The position numbers and the translations under genes are program-made. From Octopus vulgaris (lineage: Eukaryota), in contig OX597824.1 in NCBI GenBank assembly GCA_951406725.2, positions 71,982,001-72,046,000 of the forward strand: 64,000 nucleotides of DNA, written 5' to 3'. Numbering within the stretch: position 1 is the stretch's first letter; each line of letters opens with the position of its first letter. The notes under the pieces were generated by a model that saw only the letters and a list, made by a program, of their open reading frames with translations, did no database searches and was not told the origin of the DNA. Below, piece after piece: positions 14,931 to 29,045 of the stretch.

Positions 14931-15027
<97 letters not shown>

Positions 15028-15044
15028 TTATATATTTATATATA

Positions 15045-15200
15045 AAAATTAGAGAAAACCCACCTTTTATCAATTCAAAATGAACAATTGAATTGCACCA
15101 TCTAGAAAATTACATATAATAGAAATATTTAATTTAAAATAACAATAATATACCGATGATTAAGTAATGTGCAAAATAATAAATAAATATTTGGTAGAAT
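15045..15200. repeat. Solo copy of the AT-rich element that forms the 58.5-58.8 kb palindrome
   Basis: aattagagaaaacccaccttttatcaattcaaaatgaacaatt.. near-identical to the 58531-58665 arm; flanked by (TA)n. Confidence 0.8.
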
Positions 15201-15377
15201 ATATTTATATATATTTACTTGTACTATGCTAGAGCACCACCTTGAAGGGTTTTAGTTGAACAAATTGACTCTAGGACTTGGACCATGTACGTCTGTCGAG
15301 GAAATAGGCGCACTTGTTGATTGCTCTGAAAATTGACGATGGAGGCACATCTGTTCACGCCATGCATCCATCCAGAC

Positions 15378-15717
15378 CAGGGGTTCTCATCCATTTTTTA
15401 TCTATGGACTCCTTTGATTACTATTTTATTCTGGTAGACCCGTGGCCATCCGCCGATGTTTAAAACTAGTTTTATAGAATTTTCAAAATTCTTATTTTCT
15501 TTTTCACATTCGTGTAGGTTGAACTATATGAAATGTTAGAGAAAGAAACCCTAGCTGTTTCTTGCAATACATAATCAATGCATACATCTAAAGCAAGATT
15601 TTTCAAGGACCCTTAAAATACAACTATGGACCTCCAATTTACTACTTTATTGCGTGAACCCCCAAAAATCTTAAATGGACCCTTAGGAGCCATGTCGACC
15701 CCGGTTGAGAACTACTG
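15378..15717. mobile_element. hAT (Charlie-like) MITE
   Basis: TIRs caggggttctca / tgagaactactg; degenerate 8-bp TSD atccagac / acttagac. Confidence 0.7.
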
Positions 15718-16204
15718 ACTTAGACGTATAAACAGCTTTTGACAAAATCAAAAGCTGCTAATTTGAAGATCAACGTTCGAGGCATTGGGGTTGTCACAAA
15801 TGTAACAACATAACATATTCTATATACAGATATAAATATTAAGAAAAACAGTTACACTGGCCTTTGTCGGAGCAAAAAATGAAGTCGGCAGGCGACACTT
15901 AACCACAATACTATCAAATCAACTAACGACATTCCTCGTACCGTTGGTGTCGAAAGACGAAAGTTGAAAGTCTAAAGTTGAAAGCTCCGAGATAGAGTTT
16001 ATTTACTCTAACTCACCGCCTCTCGTTACCATTTTACCCCAACGCACACGCATAACCTCACGCTCGGAACCCATAACACACCAACATACAATCCGTTTTA
16101 AGTGACTGAGATCTTATAATTTACATTGGTACGGATATATGTATAAACACACACGCACACACACACACACACAAATACATGCGTATATTTATGTATATAT
16201 ATAA

Positions 16205-16258
<54 letters not shown>

Positions 16259-16427
16259 GCTTACTTTATATTGGTTACCTTATCATTTACAGAGTATTTC
16301 AGGGCAGTATTACATTTTCCACTTTGTAGTGTTATCCTTTTAAAATTTATCTCACATAAGTGAAATAAATAACGTCAATCAAACATCACCACTGCTGTCT
16401 TGACGTTTTGAAACACACACACGCACA

Positions 16428-16477
<50 letters not shown>

Positions 16478-16923
16478 CACGCATTTAGATATTCTCACAT
16501 ATACATATCTATGTAATATACACAAGATATACGGGTGAGGTCGGGGTGTTGTGGAGGTAAGGGGCAATAACAGTGTATGATTTTCTCAAATTTCAAAGGA
16601 ACCTTTTATTTATTATAATTTTTCTACAGTATTTTTTTTAAATCTGTGTAATGCGTTGAAATTCAAGTCTCTCCAGGGTCGGTCGTGCTTGCCATTCGTC
16701 ACTCTGTAGCTGGTATTGTTTAACACCAGGTTATCCATGAGCGAGCAGCCCCGCTGTTAAACGCCTTCGCGCTGTTTATAATTGCTTATATCCAGCAGGA
16801 TATGTGTCTGTGTATGTGCATGCATACAAATGTATAGATCTTGGACAAGACACCAAACAAGACACCAGCCTGCCATTGAGAAGCCCAAGGAAGGGCGATA
16901 TCACAGGATCTCGCCCTTCCTTG

Positions 16924-17150
16924 GGCGAGCTGGCAGACACGTTAGCGCGCCGGGCGAAATGCTTTGCGGTATTTCGTCCGCCGCTGCGTTCTGAGTTCAA
17001 ATTCCGCCGAGGTAGATTTGCCTTTCATCCTTTCGGGGTCGATTAAATAAGTACCAGTTACGCACTGGGGTTGATGTAATCGACTTAATCCCTTTGTCTG
17101 TCCTTGTTTGTCCTCTCTGTGTTTAGCCCCTTGTGGGCAATAAAGAAATA
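16924..17150 (+). mobile_element. SINE family B with 15-bp TSD
   Basis: Same head, core and tail as 14068; TSD gatatcacaggatct at 16897 and 17151. Confidence 0.92.
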
Positions 17151-18131
17151 GATATCACAGGATCTGGCAATTTCGCCGGCCACAACGGATGATTATCACC
17201 CGTCAGCGATATAAACACGAGTGCTTATATGCACCACAATCCATACGAGTGGTCCTCTCATAGCAAATAACGCAGTATTCAGTGTTCTAACATAACTTAC
17301 GTTTAGTGGGAGATAAATATCACCATTTGTTATTAATACTGCTTCTGTCGCTATTATATAAATATATATATATATATATATTTAGTTGAATAATATATAT
17401 ATATATATTTGGTTGAATAATAATAACTTGTGGGGTCTATGATGGACTAAAGAATGCCTTCGCGGCAGCTCTCCGACATGTCCGTTTTGAATACTCGAAC
17501 GATTAGAGTTTCACTAAAAAAATTAGCTCGAGTAACCGGAGTGAGCCTGTTTTTAGCTCTATAATTGTCATCAGGCATTGCTTAACCTCGTTATTCTACC
17601 GAGAAATTGCGGCATACATTTCCATTATGAAACGTTACTTAGCTTCGAAGGAGGTAGAGAGCTGATTTGCATTTCTGGTATTTATTTGGAAATTTCTTGA
17701 AGTTATCCTTACATGAAACACAGCAGGATCGCTAAAGAATCTAATGCACCAAAGTGTTTGCTGTTATAATAAAGCGTGTTAACATATGTAATATCAATAG
17801 GAAATTACTATTGAAGAGTATGACCCAAGATTTCAGCAGAACAACTAAACGGGAGGTGGAGTGAGCAGTGATAAACCAATTTCAAATTGTTTTTCTGTTT
17901 TTTCTTTTTTTGTTAACTTCTACATTGTGGCTCGAGTCACGATATAGCAGCTTATAGTTAAATTAAAATCATGCTGCTTATCTTACAAGCGAGTAAGATA
18001 AACTGTTAAAAAATTGTCTTAATAACCAAGCAGCAGGAAAACTAACGATTTCAGCGAATATGAGTGTGGATGTATTCAACAAAATTCCTACACTTCAAAG
18101 CATGACCAACAACTTCAAAACACACACACAC

Positions 18132-19163
18132 ACAAGGGGAAGCCAAAAATTATCCAGACTTTCGGCAAAACTTTCGGTTTGCTGCCCTGCCTTCAGTGCT
18201 CACGTACTAAAATCATGTGGTTACGTAATCAAGGTTTCGCCTTGATCGCTCCGCTAGCAGTGTGCACCAAGGAAGAACACAATTTCTCTGGTCTGAAGGT
18301 ATGTCAGGGGCTGGAATTGATCGCAGGTTTTCAGTACAATACGGGAACAGGGCTCTACCGAGAAGTTTAAAAATGGTTAGACAAGCGTGAAGCACGAAGA
18401 GGGAGCAGTTCGCTCTTCAGCGCCCACCAATGACAAGTAGATTCAATAGGCTCAAGTGATAGTTCTGGCGAACCGACGAGTAACCATCGATGAGATAGCA
18501 TATTATCTGCAAATTAATCATGGTTCTGCATTCGGAACCATCCACGACAAGCTCCGCTTCCGTAAAGTCTGTGCGAGATGGGTGCCAAAAGAGCTTACAG
18601 AAGCGCATAAGTTGCATTCCTGTGGAAATTTGCAAACGCTCACTCAACCGCTCTAACGATGAAGGCGAAGCTTTTTTGAAGAGAATAGTGACAGGAAATG
18701 AGACCTAAGTCCATCACTTTGAACCAGAATCCAAAGGACAGAATATGAAGGGGAAACACCCGGAACCGCTAACGAAAGAGAAATTCAAAACTCAACTTTC
18801 CGCAGAAAAAGTGACGTTAACTGTTTTTGGGACGCAAAAAGGTCTATACTAGAATATTGCCTGGAAAAGAGATCTACGTTAACTACTGGTTACAGTGAAA
18901 TGCTGGCCAACAAACTGAAATCAACAATTCGTACCAAACGCCAGCGTCTATGGTCAAAGTAAGTGTTATTGTTTCACAACAATTGCACGCCCACATACAG
19001 CCGTCCACACCGTTGAAGCCATTGAAAATTGGGTTTCTAGTATCTGGAACACCCTGCATACAGTTCAGATCTCGCCCCTTCGAAAGCGATGGAATTGTTC
19101 AATCCCTTTCTTTGTTTTAATAAATTACAGAAACGAATAGGTAAGAGTTTTGACTTAACCTCA
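18132..19163 (+). mobile_element. Mariner transposon, pseudogenised
   Basis: VTIDEIA..FRKVCARWVPKELT, FLKRIVTGNET, HPAYSSDLAPS; degenerate TIRs. Confidence 0.88.
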
Positions 19164-19631
19164 TATATATGAGCAAAAATGAGAGTTAAGAGAAATAACT
19201 CAGAGTGGCTTGTGGCTTGTATTTGAACAACATAGGTATATAGAAATACAGGTATATAAAATACTATACAACATAAATTCTTCGTTTTTTAAAACTATCT
19301 GCGCACCAAAAGTATGTACCATATTTACCAAATGATAATTAAGACTAGTTCCAGTTGGAAATTTTCTCTACAGTTAACATACTATCAAAGAAAAGGACCG
19401 GTTCATTGCGTACTCGTGTTTCTGACAAAACATCCGTCATAAACACGGCAATTCTCCAACCTTGCTGCCAATAACCAAGGGACTTAGACGTATATATAAA
19501 AAAGAGTAGAACACATTTATGGCCTAGATAATTTGCAAAATTTAAACAAAAATGAGCAAAGAAATATAACTCATATATATACATGCAATCATGAATTCAT
19601 AATACATACATACATATATACATATATGTAT

Positions 19632-19712
<81 letters not shown>

Positions 19713-19714
<2 letters not shown>

Positions 19715-19872
19715 GGCGTCGTTGTGTGGTAAGAAGCTTGCTTCCCAACCACATGGTTCCGTTTTCGGTCCCTTCGTATGACTCTTTGGGCAAGTGTCTT
19801 CTACTATAGGCTCGGGCCGACCAAAACCTTGTGAGTAGATTTTGTTGGTGGAAACTGAAAGAAGCTCGTCGT
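19713..19872 (+). mobile_element. SINE family A, 5' half only
   Basis: Head and CORE-like box present; abuts the RTE fragment. Confidence 0.85.
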
Positions 19873-19874
19873 GT

Positions 19875-20884
19875 TTGATAACACACACAGAAGAAGCCCT
19901 CCAAAGGCTCATTAACTGTTTTGAGCAAGCATGTAACGACTTTGGCTTAGCTATCAGCCTTAAGAAGACCAACATCATGGGCCAGGCTACATCGGACATC
20001 CCAAACATACATATTGGAGACCACAGATTACAAGAAGGGGAGAAGTTTACCTATCTGGGCTCTACCGTCACCTACAACCTATCCCTTGACGCTGAGCTCA
20101 ATATACGCATTGGCAAGGCAGCTGCTGCGATGGCCCAACTCTCCAAACGGGCTTGGGACAACAATAAGCTGACCAAGACCACGAAAATGAAGATCTACCA
20201 GGCATGTGTACTCAGCACTCTACTGTATGGAAGCGGGACCTGGACGCTATACACACGCCAAGAGCGTCGCCTAAACATCTTTCACCTGCGCTGCCTCCGA
20301 AAAATCCTCCGCATCAAATGGCAGAATCATATCCCCAACAAAGATGTCCTCAGGCAAGCAGGAATACCAAGCATGTTTGCACTCCTCACACAAATACGTA
20401 TGAGATGGCTTGGGCATGTTAGCCGTATGAAAGATGGCAGAATCCCCAAGGACATACTCTACGGAGAGCTTGCTAGGGGTACTAGGTCTGTGGGTAGACC
20501 GATCTTACGTTACAAGGATGTTTGCAAAAGGGATATGAAGGCCTGCAACATCAATATTAGCGGTTGGGAGGCAGTTGCCGGCAACCGTGGAGAATGGCGA
20601 CGTACAGTAAAAGAGGGAATACAAAAGAGTGACAGAGAGAGAGAGAGAGAGAGGAGAAATGGAAAGACAGGAAGAGACGTAAACAAGAGACTATGGCCCT
20701 ACAACCAGCCAGGAACAGTCTTCGCTACATTTGCGGTACCTGCCAGAGGGAGTGTTTGTCCAGGATAGGACTACACAGCCACAGCAGGAAATGTATCAGG
20801 ACATGAAATATAAAAGCCGGACTAGACTACTTCATGCGCAACTCCATTGTCTCCCGAGACAGAAAGGATGCCAATACCAATACT
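19875..20884 (+). mobile_element. 5'-truncated RTE (BovB-like) LINE: RT C-terminus and 3' UTR
   Basis: HTEEALQRL..FGLAISLKKT..FTYLGS..RMRWLGHV..RIPKDILYGEL; after a (GA)n frameshift CGTCQRECLSRIGLHSHSRKC*; 3' end ccattgtctcccgagacag..gatgccaa. Confidence 0.93.
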
Positions 20885-21297
20885 CTTTTACTTGTTTTTT
20901 ACTTGTTTTTTACTTGTTTCAGTCATTTGATTGTGGCCATGCTGGAGCACCGCTTTTTGTCGAGCAAATCGACCCCAAGACTTATTCTTTGTAAGCCTAG
21001 TACTTATTCTATCGGTCTTTTTGCCGAACCGCTAAGTTACGGGGACGTAAACATACCAGCATCGGTTGTCAAGCGATATTGGGGAGACAAACACAGACAC
21101 ACAAACATATACACACACATACATATATATACATACATGCGACGGGCTTCTTTCCAGTTTCCGTCTACCAAATCCACTCACAAGGTGTTGGTTGGCCCAA
21201 CGCTATAGTAGAAGACACTTGCCCAAGGTACCACGCAGTGGGACTGAACCCGGAACCATGTGGCTGGTAAGCAAACTACTTACCACACAACCACTCC
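20885..21297 (-). mobile_element. SINE family A, full length
   Basis: Reverse complement of the 5657 copy; tail unit repeated three times. Confidence 0.92.
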
Positions 21298-21307
21298 TAT
21301 GCTTCCT

Positions 21308-21555
<248 letters not shown>

Positions 21556-21809
21556 TATCGTTGAGGCATTATACATGTATACAGTATATCGCTGAGGCAT
21601 TATTTTATCGTTTATCAAATGAGATAAAAGGGGAACAAAAAGGAGCATAGAGGAAAAAAGTATTTTTTTCAATTAATCTTTAAATACATTGCCGCAAGTA
21701 ATTTAACACTTATCACTTGCGGAAAATTCACGAGTACCCGCAAATGTATTTATAAAATGTCATTAAGTTCCGTGTGGCGTTGACTCTAAAACGAGGAAGT
21801 CTTTGTCTT

Positions 21810-21811
21810 TT

Positions 21812-21871
<60 letters not shown>

Positions 21872-22501
21872 TCACTCCCCTCTCTCTCTTCTCGTCAATT
21901 TAGTAGGAAACAATAACATCTCGAAAGTAAAACAGAACTAATTGAATCTTTTGTATCTGCTGTGGTTCAACAAGAGGAAATAGAAATCTTCAATATCTCT
22001 CCCCCACCCTTGTTTTCTCTCTCTATTTAATAGTTATTGTTTTTTTCCCTTCTTCTATTCCAAATTTTCACGTTCCCTATCCTTTTCTCTTTCATCTTTT
22101 CACTTCTTCCTTCTACTATTTGTTCTTCCTCTTTTCCACCTCACTCCCTTTCCCCCCTCTCTCTCTCTTGCTCTTACTCCTCCCCTATTTCTCCCTAGCC
22201 ATCTCTCCAACTGCTCTTTCTATACTCTTTCATTAGTTCTCCCTTCCTGTATCCTCCAAGCCATCACATAATTTCTTCATCTCATTCCTCTTACTTCCTC
22301 TTATACCCGCTTCTGTCCTCTCTATTTCTTTCCTCTCTATTTCTTTCCTCTCCACCTTGCCCCCTCTCTACCTTTATTTCTCTCAATATCTATTCCAACT
22401 CTCCTCGCACTTTCCCTCGACTTCTCGTTCGTTAGCGTATTTTCCATACTCACTTTCCTTGATTTTCTGTTTCTTTTCCATTTTATCAAATTTATCATTT
22501 C

Positions 22502-22577
<76 letters not shown>

Positions 22578-22784
22578 CACTCTCTCTCCCCTCTCTCTCT
22601 CCCCTCTCTCTCTCCCCTCTCTCTCTCCCCTCTCTCTCTCCCACTCTCTCTTCCTCCCCCTATCTCTCACTTTTTTCCGCTTCTTCCTCTCTCTTACCAA
22701 TATCTTCATCCTCACTTTCGCTCTTCCTTGGCTTATCCACTTCCACCACAACCCCTTTCACCAAGTCTTTTTTCTTTCTTTCTT

Positions 22785-22852
<68 letters not shown>

Positions 22853-22935
22853 TTCCTCCCACTTTAAGCCAATCTATCTCCCTCCTCTCATCATTCAACT
22901 CACCCTATCTCTCAGTCTTTATATATCTATGTCAG
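21810..22935 (+). repeat. Polypyrimidine low-complexity tract with (CT)n, (CTAT)n and (CTTT)n
   Basis: Direct reading. Confidence 0.85.
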
Positions 22936-23531
22936 AGATAAGGAAGACGGGTTACCAAGTACGAAAACACGTTTCCTCCAGTAAACAGTGTCAGCTTCTT
23001 TTCCTTTGTTTCCTACTTAACTTCTTTCCCGATTTCCCTTCCCTATCGTCTGGTCACCCCCCCGCCCGAGATCGCTATGTTGTCTGTCCACATTTTCGCT
23101 CTAATACAATTTAGTCCTTCCAGTGAAGTCTGTTACAGACTTCAAGCAATTTGTTTCGTTGAGACGTCAGCGAGAATTGGAGCTGGACGAGTCGACGGGA
23201 TATTTACCACATTATCAGATGTAACAAGACTTGCAGATTGTATCTAATCACCAGCTGTGCGCTGTCAGTCACCAATACATCAATTCACCCATCTATATTG
23301 CAAACAGTTGGAAAACTGTAAAACTGATGGGTACTTCGTTATTTCACTGAACAGAAAGCTAGGCTGATAAGAGCTAATTATACTGCAAAAAAATATTTTT
23401 ATTTTGCAAATACAAATTGGAACTGCCACAGCTCCGAGAGTAATAGAACCATCTATAAATGTCGGGTAAGCTTCTTCTATCAACGTCTGTCAAAATTCGT
23501 TATATATACTTTCAATATTGTCTACCAAGAA

Positions 23532-23745
23532 GGCAGCGAACTGGCAGAATCGGTACCACCCCGGCCCAACTGCATAGTACCATTTCGTCCGTCGCTACAT
23601 TCTGAGCTCAAATTCAGCCGAAGTCGACTGTACTTTACATCCTTTCGAGGTCAATAAAATAAATACAAGTTGGGCACTAGGATCGATGTAATTGACTTAA
23701 CCCCTTCTCCGAAATCGCTGGTCCCGTGCCAAAAATTGAAACCAA
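23532..23745 (+). mobile_element. SINE family B, diverged, alternative tail
   Basis: ggcagcgaactggcagaatc head and catcctttcgaggtcaat core. Confidence 0.8.
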
Positions 23746-24969
23746 TATTATGTCAACATTCCACATTTTCTTTGTTTATTACCCACATTTTTTTTGCTTA
23801 CTGCCATTTATAACAGACTCATAGCCTGGCTAAATTTTATCTACGTTCAATATCATTTGCTTATATTTCCATTTACATTCAATATCGTCTGCTAAGATAT
23901 TTCAGGTAGCGACTTTCTCCCCTCACAAATGTTTAATCAATCAAAATGACATCCGTAATCAAAAGAGAAAGATCATTATCATTAATTATAATTATAGTCA
24001 AGGAAATCAAGAGAGACAACTCTGACACCTAAATTGATTAAAAAAGCTGAATGGGAATGGTGTATGAAGTAGGGAGGGAGTCTAAACTGATTTTTGTATC
24101 GATTGTTGGAAGAGTGACGGCTATATTTCCTTTTTCTTTTCCTCCCACTCTGTCAATATTCCATTTATCTATTTTTCTATGTAATCTACTCCTCTTTATA
24201 ACACCATCTTTCTTCCCTCTCTTTCTCATCAGCGCAGCCAGTGCTTTCCTATTTCCTCATTCGTTACTTGTTTCCTCACATTACTTCTCTAAGGTCTCCT
24301 TTCTACTGTAATGCTATGTATTACTTCTTTCCACTTCTCTTCTCTTACTTGCACTATCTCTTCGCTCATTCTGTCTTTCATTCTTCCCAATATTTTACAG
24401 TTTTCTCACCCCCACTACCTGTATGTCACCTATCTCAGCAATGCCACTGCTTTCTCCTTTCATATTCGTACTGTGTCAGGGGAAAACCACCAAAACAAAT
24501 AATACTTGGCGTTATCTGTATATGAGTATGCATATGTGTACACACGGTACATAAACATACATACACAGAGACATATATATTTGTCTATTATGAAGTGTGA
24601 AGTCCTAATCAACTTGATTTTCACTATAAATTTGACTCTACCCTCAGGATAGAGTCACACCATCAGAAGTGTATGACTATATCTATAATTTATAAGTTAG
24701 AATTGTGCATTCCGTAAATCGGTATCTATTTTACATGCTGGTGGCCTCGCCTCTTGAAAACTTACACTGCTGACACCATCTCTAATCGCTGCTGCTTTGC
24801 CATATATATACATCTATATGTTGAATTTAAATTCCGAAGAGGCTTGACTTTTTACTTTATCATTCTGGGGCCTCCAAAATAGATACTAGTGACGTGTTGT
24901 CTTCAATTTATCGACTACACCCCTCTCTCTGTATCCTTCTGAATGTGTGTCATATACCTATATCAGAAA

Positions 24970-25363
24970 CTAGCAATATCGCCCGGCGTTGCTCGGGTTT
25001 GTTTCGACCCTTTAGAATTGGAATTTTTGAAAAGTAAAAATTTTCCATTATGTAGCTTGTTATTCTTTTTAAGTGAACATTTTTTCTGGTTGAAATACAC
25101 CGAAAAATGGCGACACAGCAGTCAAAAAATCGTAAAAAATAGTGATTTTCATAGAAAAAAAGCACCTTTTTGATGTAAATAATTTTTGTTGTTAACATGG
25201 TCCGATTTGAATTTTTATCTTCTACGGAATGAAAAGCAAGCCTTCTTCTATCATACTCTCAATTTTGGTCAACTTGCGCCGCAGGGTCTCGGAGGAGATA
25301 GTGTTAGTTGAAGGCTACCAAACCTACCACACACACAGACAACTCCAGCTTTATATATATAGA
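24970..25363 (-). mobile_element. Non-autonomous Helitron
   Basis: On minus: 5'-TC start, CCCGAGCAACGCCGGG hairpin about 12 nt before the 3'-CTAG end, inserted between A and T, no TSD. Confidence 0.85.
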
Positions 25364-25435
25364 TTAATATTTCTTTTTGTGTTATCACTCAACATTCAAC
25401 CAGTAGATTCGGAAAAAGACCTCTTTTAAGCTTAA

Positions 25436-25656
25436 CCCTTTGAACTTGCAAGTATACTTTAGCGGATGAGATTTCATTTGACCAACTAAACCCATACAAG
25501 ACACAAATGCGGGCGGTCAGATGGATTTTCCCCGGCTCGTTGTTGGTTATTTTCAACCGTAAACACAAACCTACTGGGGCTGCACGCTTTTGCATCCTCA
25601 AAGGATATAGTCAAATGCATTCGTACCCGCTAAAGCGTACTTGCGGGTTCAAAGTG
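25436..25656. mobile_element. piggyBac-like MITE
   Basis: TTAA / TAAA flanks; ~36-bp TIR ccctttgaac..aagta..ctttagcgg. Confidence 0.75.
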
Positions 25657-25689
25657 TAAAGCATTTACAAAACTGCGTCTCAGCATTTC

Positions 25690-26060
25690 TTCTGACTTCG
25701 CGTTCAGAGTTCAAATATTGCCGGGGTCAACTTTACTTTTATCCTTTCAGCTGTCGATGAAATAAGTATCAGTTAGTTCTGGGGTCAATTTAATCGACTA
25801 GACCCCCTCCTCCAAAATTTCAGGCCCTGTGCCTGTAGTAAAAAAAGGATTATTAAGCAATGTTAGATGAAATGCACCTCATCACTTTAATGTAAGATTG
25901 CTCTCACTATCGGTGAATTGTTGACCTATTTAGGATAATGCAAGAAATAATGAAAGACAAAGTCGGCCCCAGCGGAATTTGAACTCAGAACGTTAAGACA
26001 GACAAAATGCTGCTAGGCATTTTGTTCGGCGTGCTAACGATTCTGCCAGTTCGCCGCCTT
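25690..26060. mobile_element. Two partial SINE B copies in convergent orientation (25690-25850 +, 25955-26060 -)
   Basis: Homology to the family B core and head. Confidence 0.75.
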
Positions 26061-26974
26061 TCTGCGAGTTAACAAAATGGAGAGTAATCTGATAGACAAA
26101 CTAACCCTAGTCATTTCACCAACGCGCTGTGAGTCCTCTTTTTCCCTTCTACCGCTACGACAAAACTATCTGTTCTCTTCTACTTTCTTCCTGCGTTCTA
26201 CCTCTGCTCAAACGTCAAATCATCATTGACACCATTTCCCCTTCTTCCAAGCCCGGTAACAAACATTTTGCCTAGTCTTTACTTCCACAAATGTCCATTG
26301 AAATTGTTTGTCTGCCGACGTTTTCTATAAAAGCATCGACCTGCAGATGTTCAAACTAAAAATTAAACGCGTCAGCCTCATTGGAAAGATCTGTCGGATA
26401 TGGAAACTAAATCCATTTTCTGGAGGCAAGTGATAAACGATCTTGCCTAAACAATAACAGAGGCCCCAGCAGCAGCAGAAGACATAAACGCTGGACATAG
26501 TTTTCTTTTACGATTTGCACTTGGAATTAATTTTCCAGGATAAAAGAAATAAAAATAAAATTAATAGCTAATTGTGAGAGCGTAAGTTGATAGCATTTTA
26601 CGGTTGAAAAGATAAGCGCTGTCTGAAAATCAAATATACCACTGGCCTCTCTTGAATTACAAAAATATGTGCTACAGAGTTTTATTGTGTTGCAAGAGCT
26701 TTGTGGAAAGACATTTTCTAAGCTAATGAAAATTTAGTAGTTCTTAATTTGGACTTTAGCACCAGCTTGTAGGGTTTGTGAACTCACAAGAGGACGCTAT
26801 GGGTTCGCTGGGTATTTAGAGTTTAGAGGGGTCATGATTTTATATGAAAATGTAATATCTAAGCTGAGTACAATATATTTTAAATACATTTCCAAAAAAG
26901 AAATAAATCCTTGTCACTATTAGAATATGAAGAGATTATGTTTCCAGTGAACATGGCTGATGATATGCAAATGT

Positions 26975-27801
26975 CTGATGTAATATCGGTTTCAAACGAT
27001 GAGTGAAACGAAGGAACAGCGTGCTTCTGTGAAATTCTGTTTTCTGTTGGAGAAAATGGCGACCGAAACAGTTGTCGGGCTTCAAACGGCTTACAAGAAT
27101 GCCACCATGAACAAAACACAAGTTTACGAGTGGTTTCCACGCTTTTGGAATGGTCACTTGTCATTTGAAGTCTAACCTCGTTCAGGACGACCGTCGACCT
27201 CCCGAACGAATGAAAATATAAAAATTCCCGAACTGATCTTGGAGGACCGTCACCGAACAATTGACGAACTTGTTATGAGATTTTGCGTCTTTGAAGAGGA
27301 AAACTCAGCTGAGAATATTCCGTGTATCGCGTCGTTGTCTAATTTCTAGTCCGTTTAGTTTTCGTCTGCAGACACTGGTTGGAGCTCCTGCCAACGAATT
27401 TTGAGCGAAGAATTGCGAATGAAAAGAGTTGCCGCAAAAGTTGTGCTTCGCTTGTTCACGGAAGATGAAAAGCAGTAACGGCTGAATGCGTGTCGTGAAC
27501 TGAAAGAATAGTTGGAAGTTGATCCGGACCGTTTTACGAACGTCATACCTTGTGACGAAAGCTGGTGCTACAGAATTTGCAGGTGTGGAAGAGGTGGAGA
27601 AAAAAAAAAAAACGACGGAGGCTTTAATAGACATAACTTCACAAGAGTTCCAGCACTGCTCCGAACAGTGGAAAACGTGCCTGGACCGATGCATTGCTTC
27701 AAATGGAGAATACTTTGAATGCGATAAAAGTGTAAACATGTAAAACTAAGTGAATAAAATAATATTGCAAAATTCCGGTTTCTTTTGGGTACCTCCTCGT
27801 A
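26975..27801 (+). mobile_element. Mariner remnant, internally deleted and interrupted at 27271-27369
   Basis: MSETKEQRASVKFCFLL.., RMKRVAAKVVLRL, DESWCY, WKTCLDRCIASNGEYFE; right TIR ..gggtacctcctcgta. Confidence 0.88.
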
Positions 27802-28074
27802 TATATCTTATGACTGTATGTCACGAGTGGGCAGCTATCATGTATATATCTATGTATCTATGTATGGATGTGTGTATATATGTGCATTAGTATAATTCAG
27901 GGGAAAACCTCGTAACGTGCATTTAAGAGCTCTAATGTCGTTATTTTGCAACCACATGATATCCTACAGTGTGGTATAGTCCAAGAATGGATACACATGC
28001 AGAACTCTTTACATAAGATTAATACAAGAATGGAGCCTGTATTACTCTCCATCCTCGTGTTATATTATCCTTGT

Positions 28075-28562
28075 GTATGTGTGTGTGTGTGTGTTTATCT
28101 ACCTGGACTTATCTCCCAACTTTGATAATTATATATACATATATAGGCTGAATGGGGGTGGGTGGAGGAAAGTGACTGTCACTACATAACCCTGATGGTT
28201 ACGTAATGTATGAAAGTACTAGTTTATTTCAATATTATAAAATAGTAAAAATTGCAAATAATAAAACCTGAAAATTAGACTAAGTTGGAATTTCATTGAT
28301 TAAAAAATGTATGTACGTGTGTGCTGTGTGTGTGTGTGTGTGTGTGTGTTTATCTACCTGGACTTATCTCCCAACTTTGATAATTATATATACATATATA
28401 GGTCGAATGGGGGTGGGTTGAGGAAAACGACTGTCACTACATAACCCTGATGATTACGCAATGCGTGAAAGTACTAGTTTATTTCAATATTATAAAATAG
28501 TAAAAATTGCAAATAATAAAACCTGAAAATTAGAGTAAGTTGGAATTTCATTGATTAAAAAA

Positions 28563-28598
<36 letters not shown>
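28075..28598. repeat. Tandem duplication, period about 255 bp, bounded by (TG)n
   Basis: tttatctacctggac at 28094 and 28349; copies differ by a few substitutions. Confidence 0.92.
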
Positions 28599-28599
<1 letters not shown>

Positions 28600-28759
28600 A
28601 AGGGCTGAACAGAAAGAATACAAGGAGAAAAGTTAGACGAAAGCAGAGCAGACGAAAACTAATCGAACGGGAAATTAGACAACGACGCGATACACGGAAT
28701 ATTCGCAGCTGAGTTTTCTTCTTCAAAGACGCAAAATCTCATAACAGTTTCACACCAAT

Positions 28760-28844
<85 letters not shown>

Positions 28845-29045
28845 TAGGTGAATGAATTATCCTATGCTTATCGCCAGCATGGAAAATTCATTTAACCGAA
28901 ACCTGGGTAGCAAATTCACGTCAGAAAACACGGTTGAAGCGACCTGTCAGGGTAGAAACTCCGGGTTCTTGTGTAGAAATTTGTGTGTTGTATATGAATA
29001 AATTAAAGAATGGAGTTGAACGAAGATGTTAACAAAATTCCTTTA

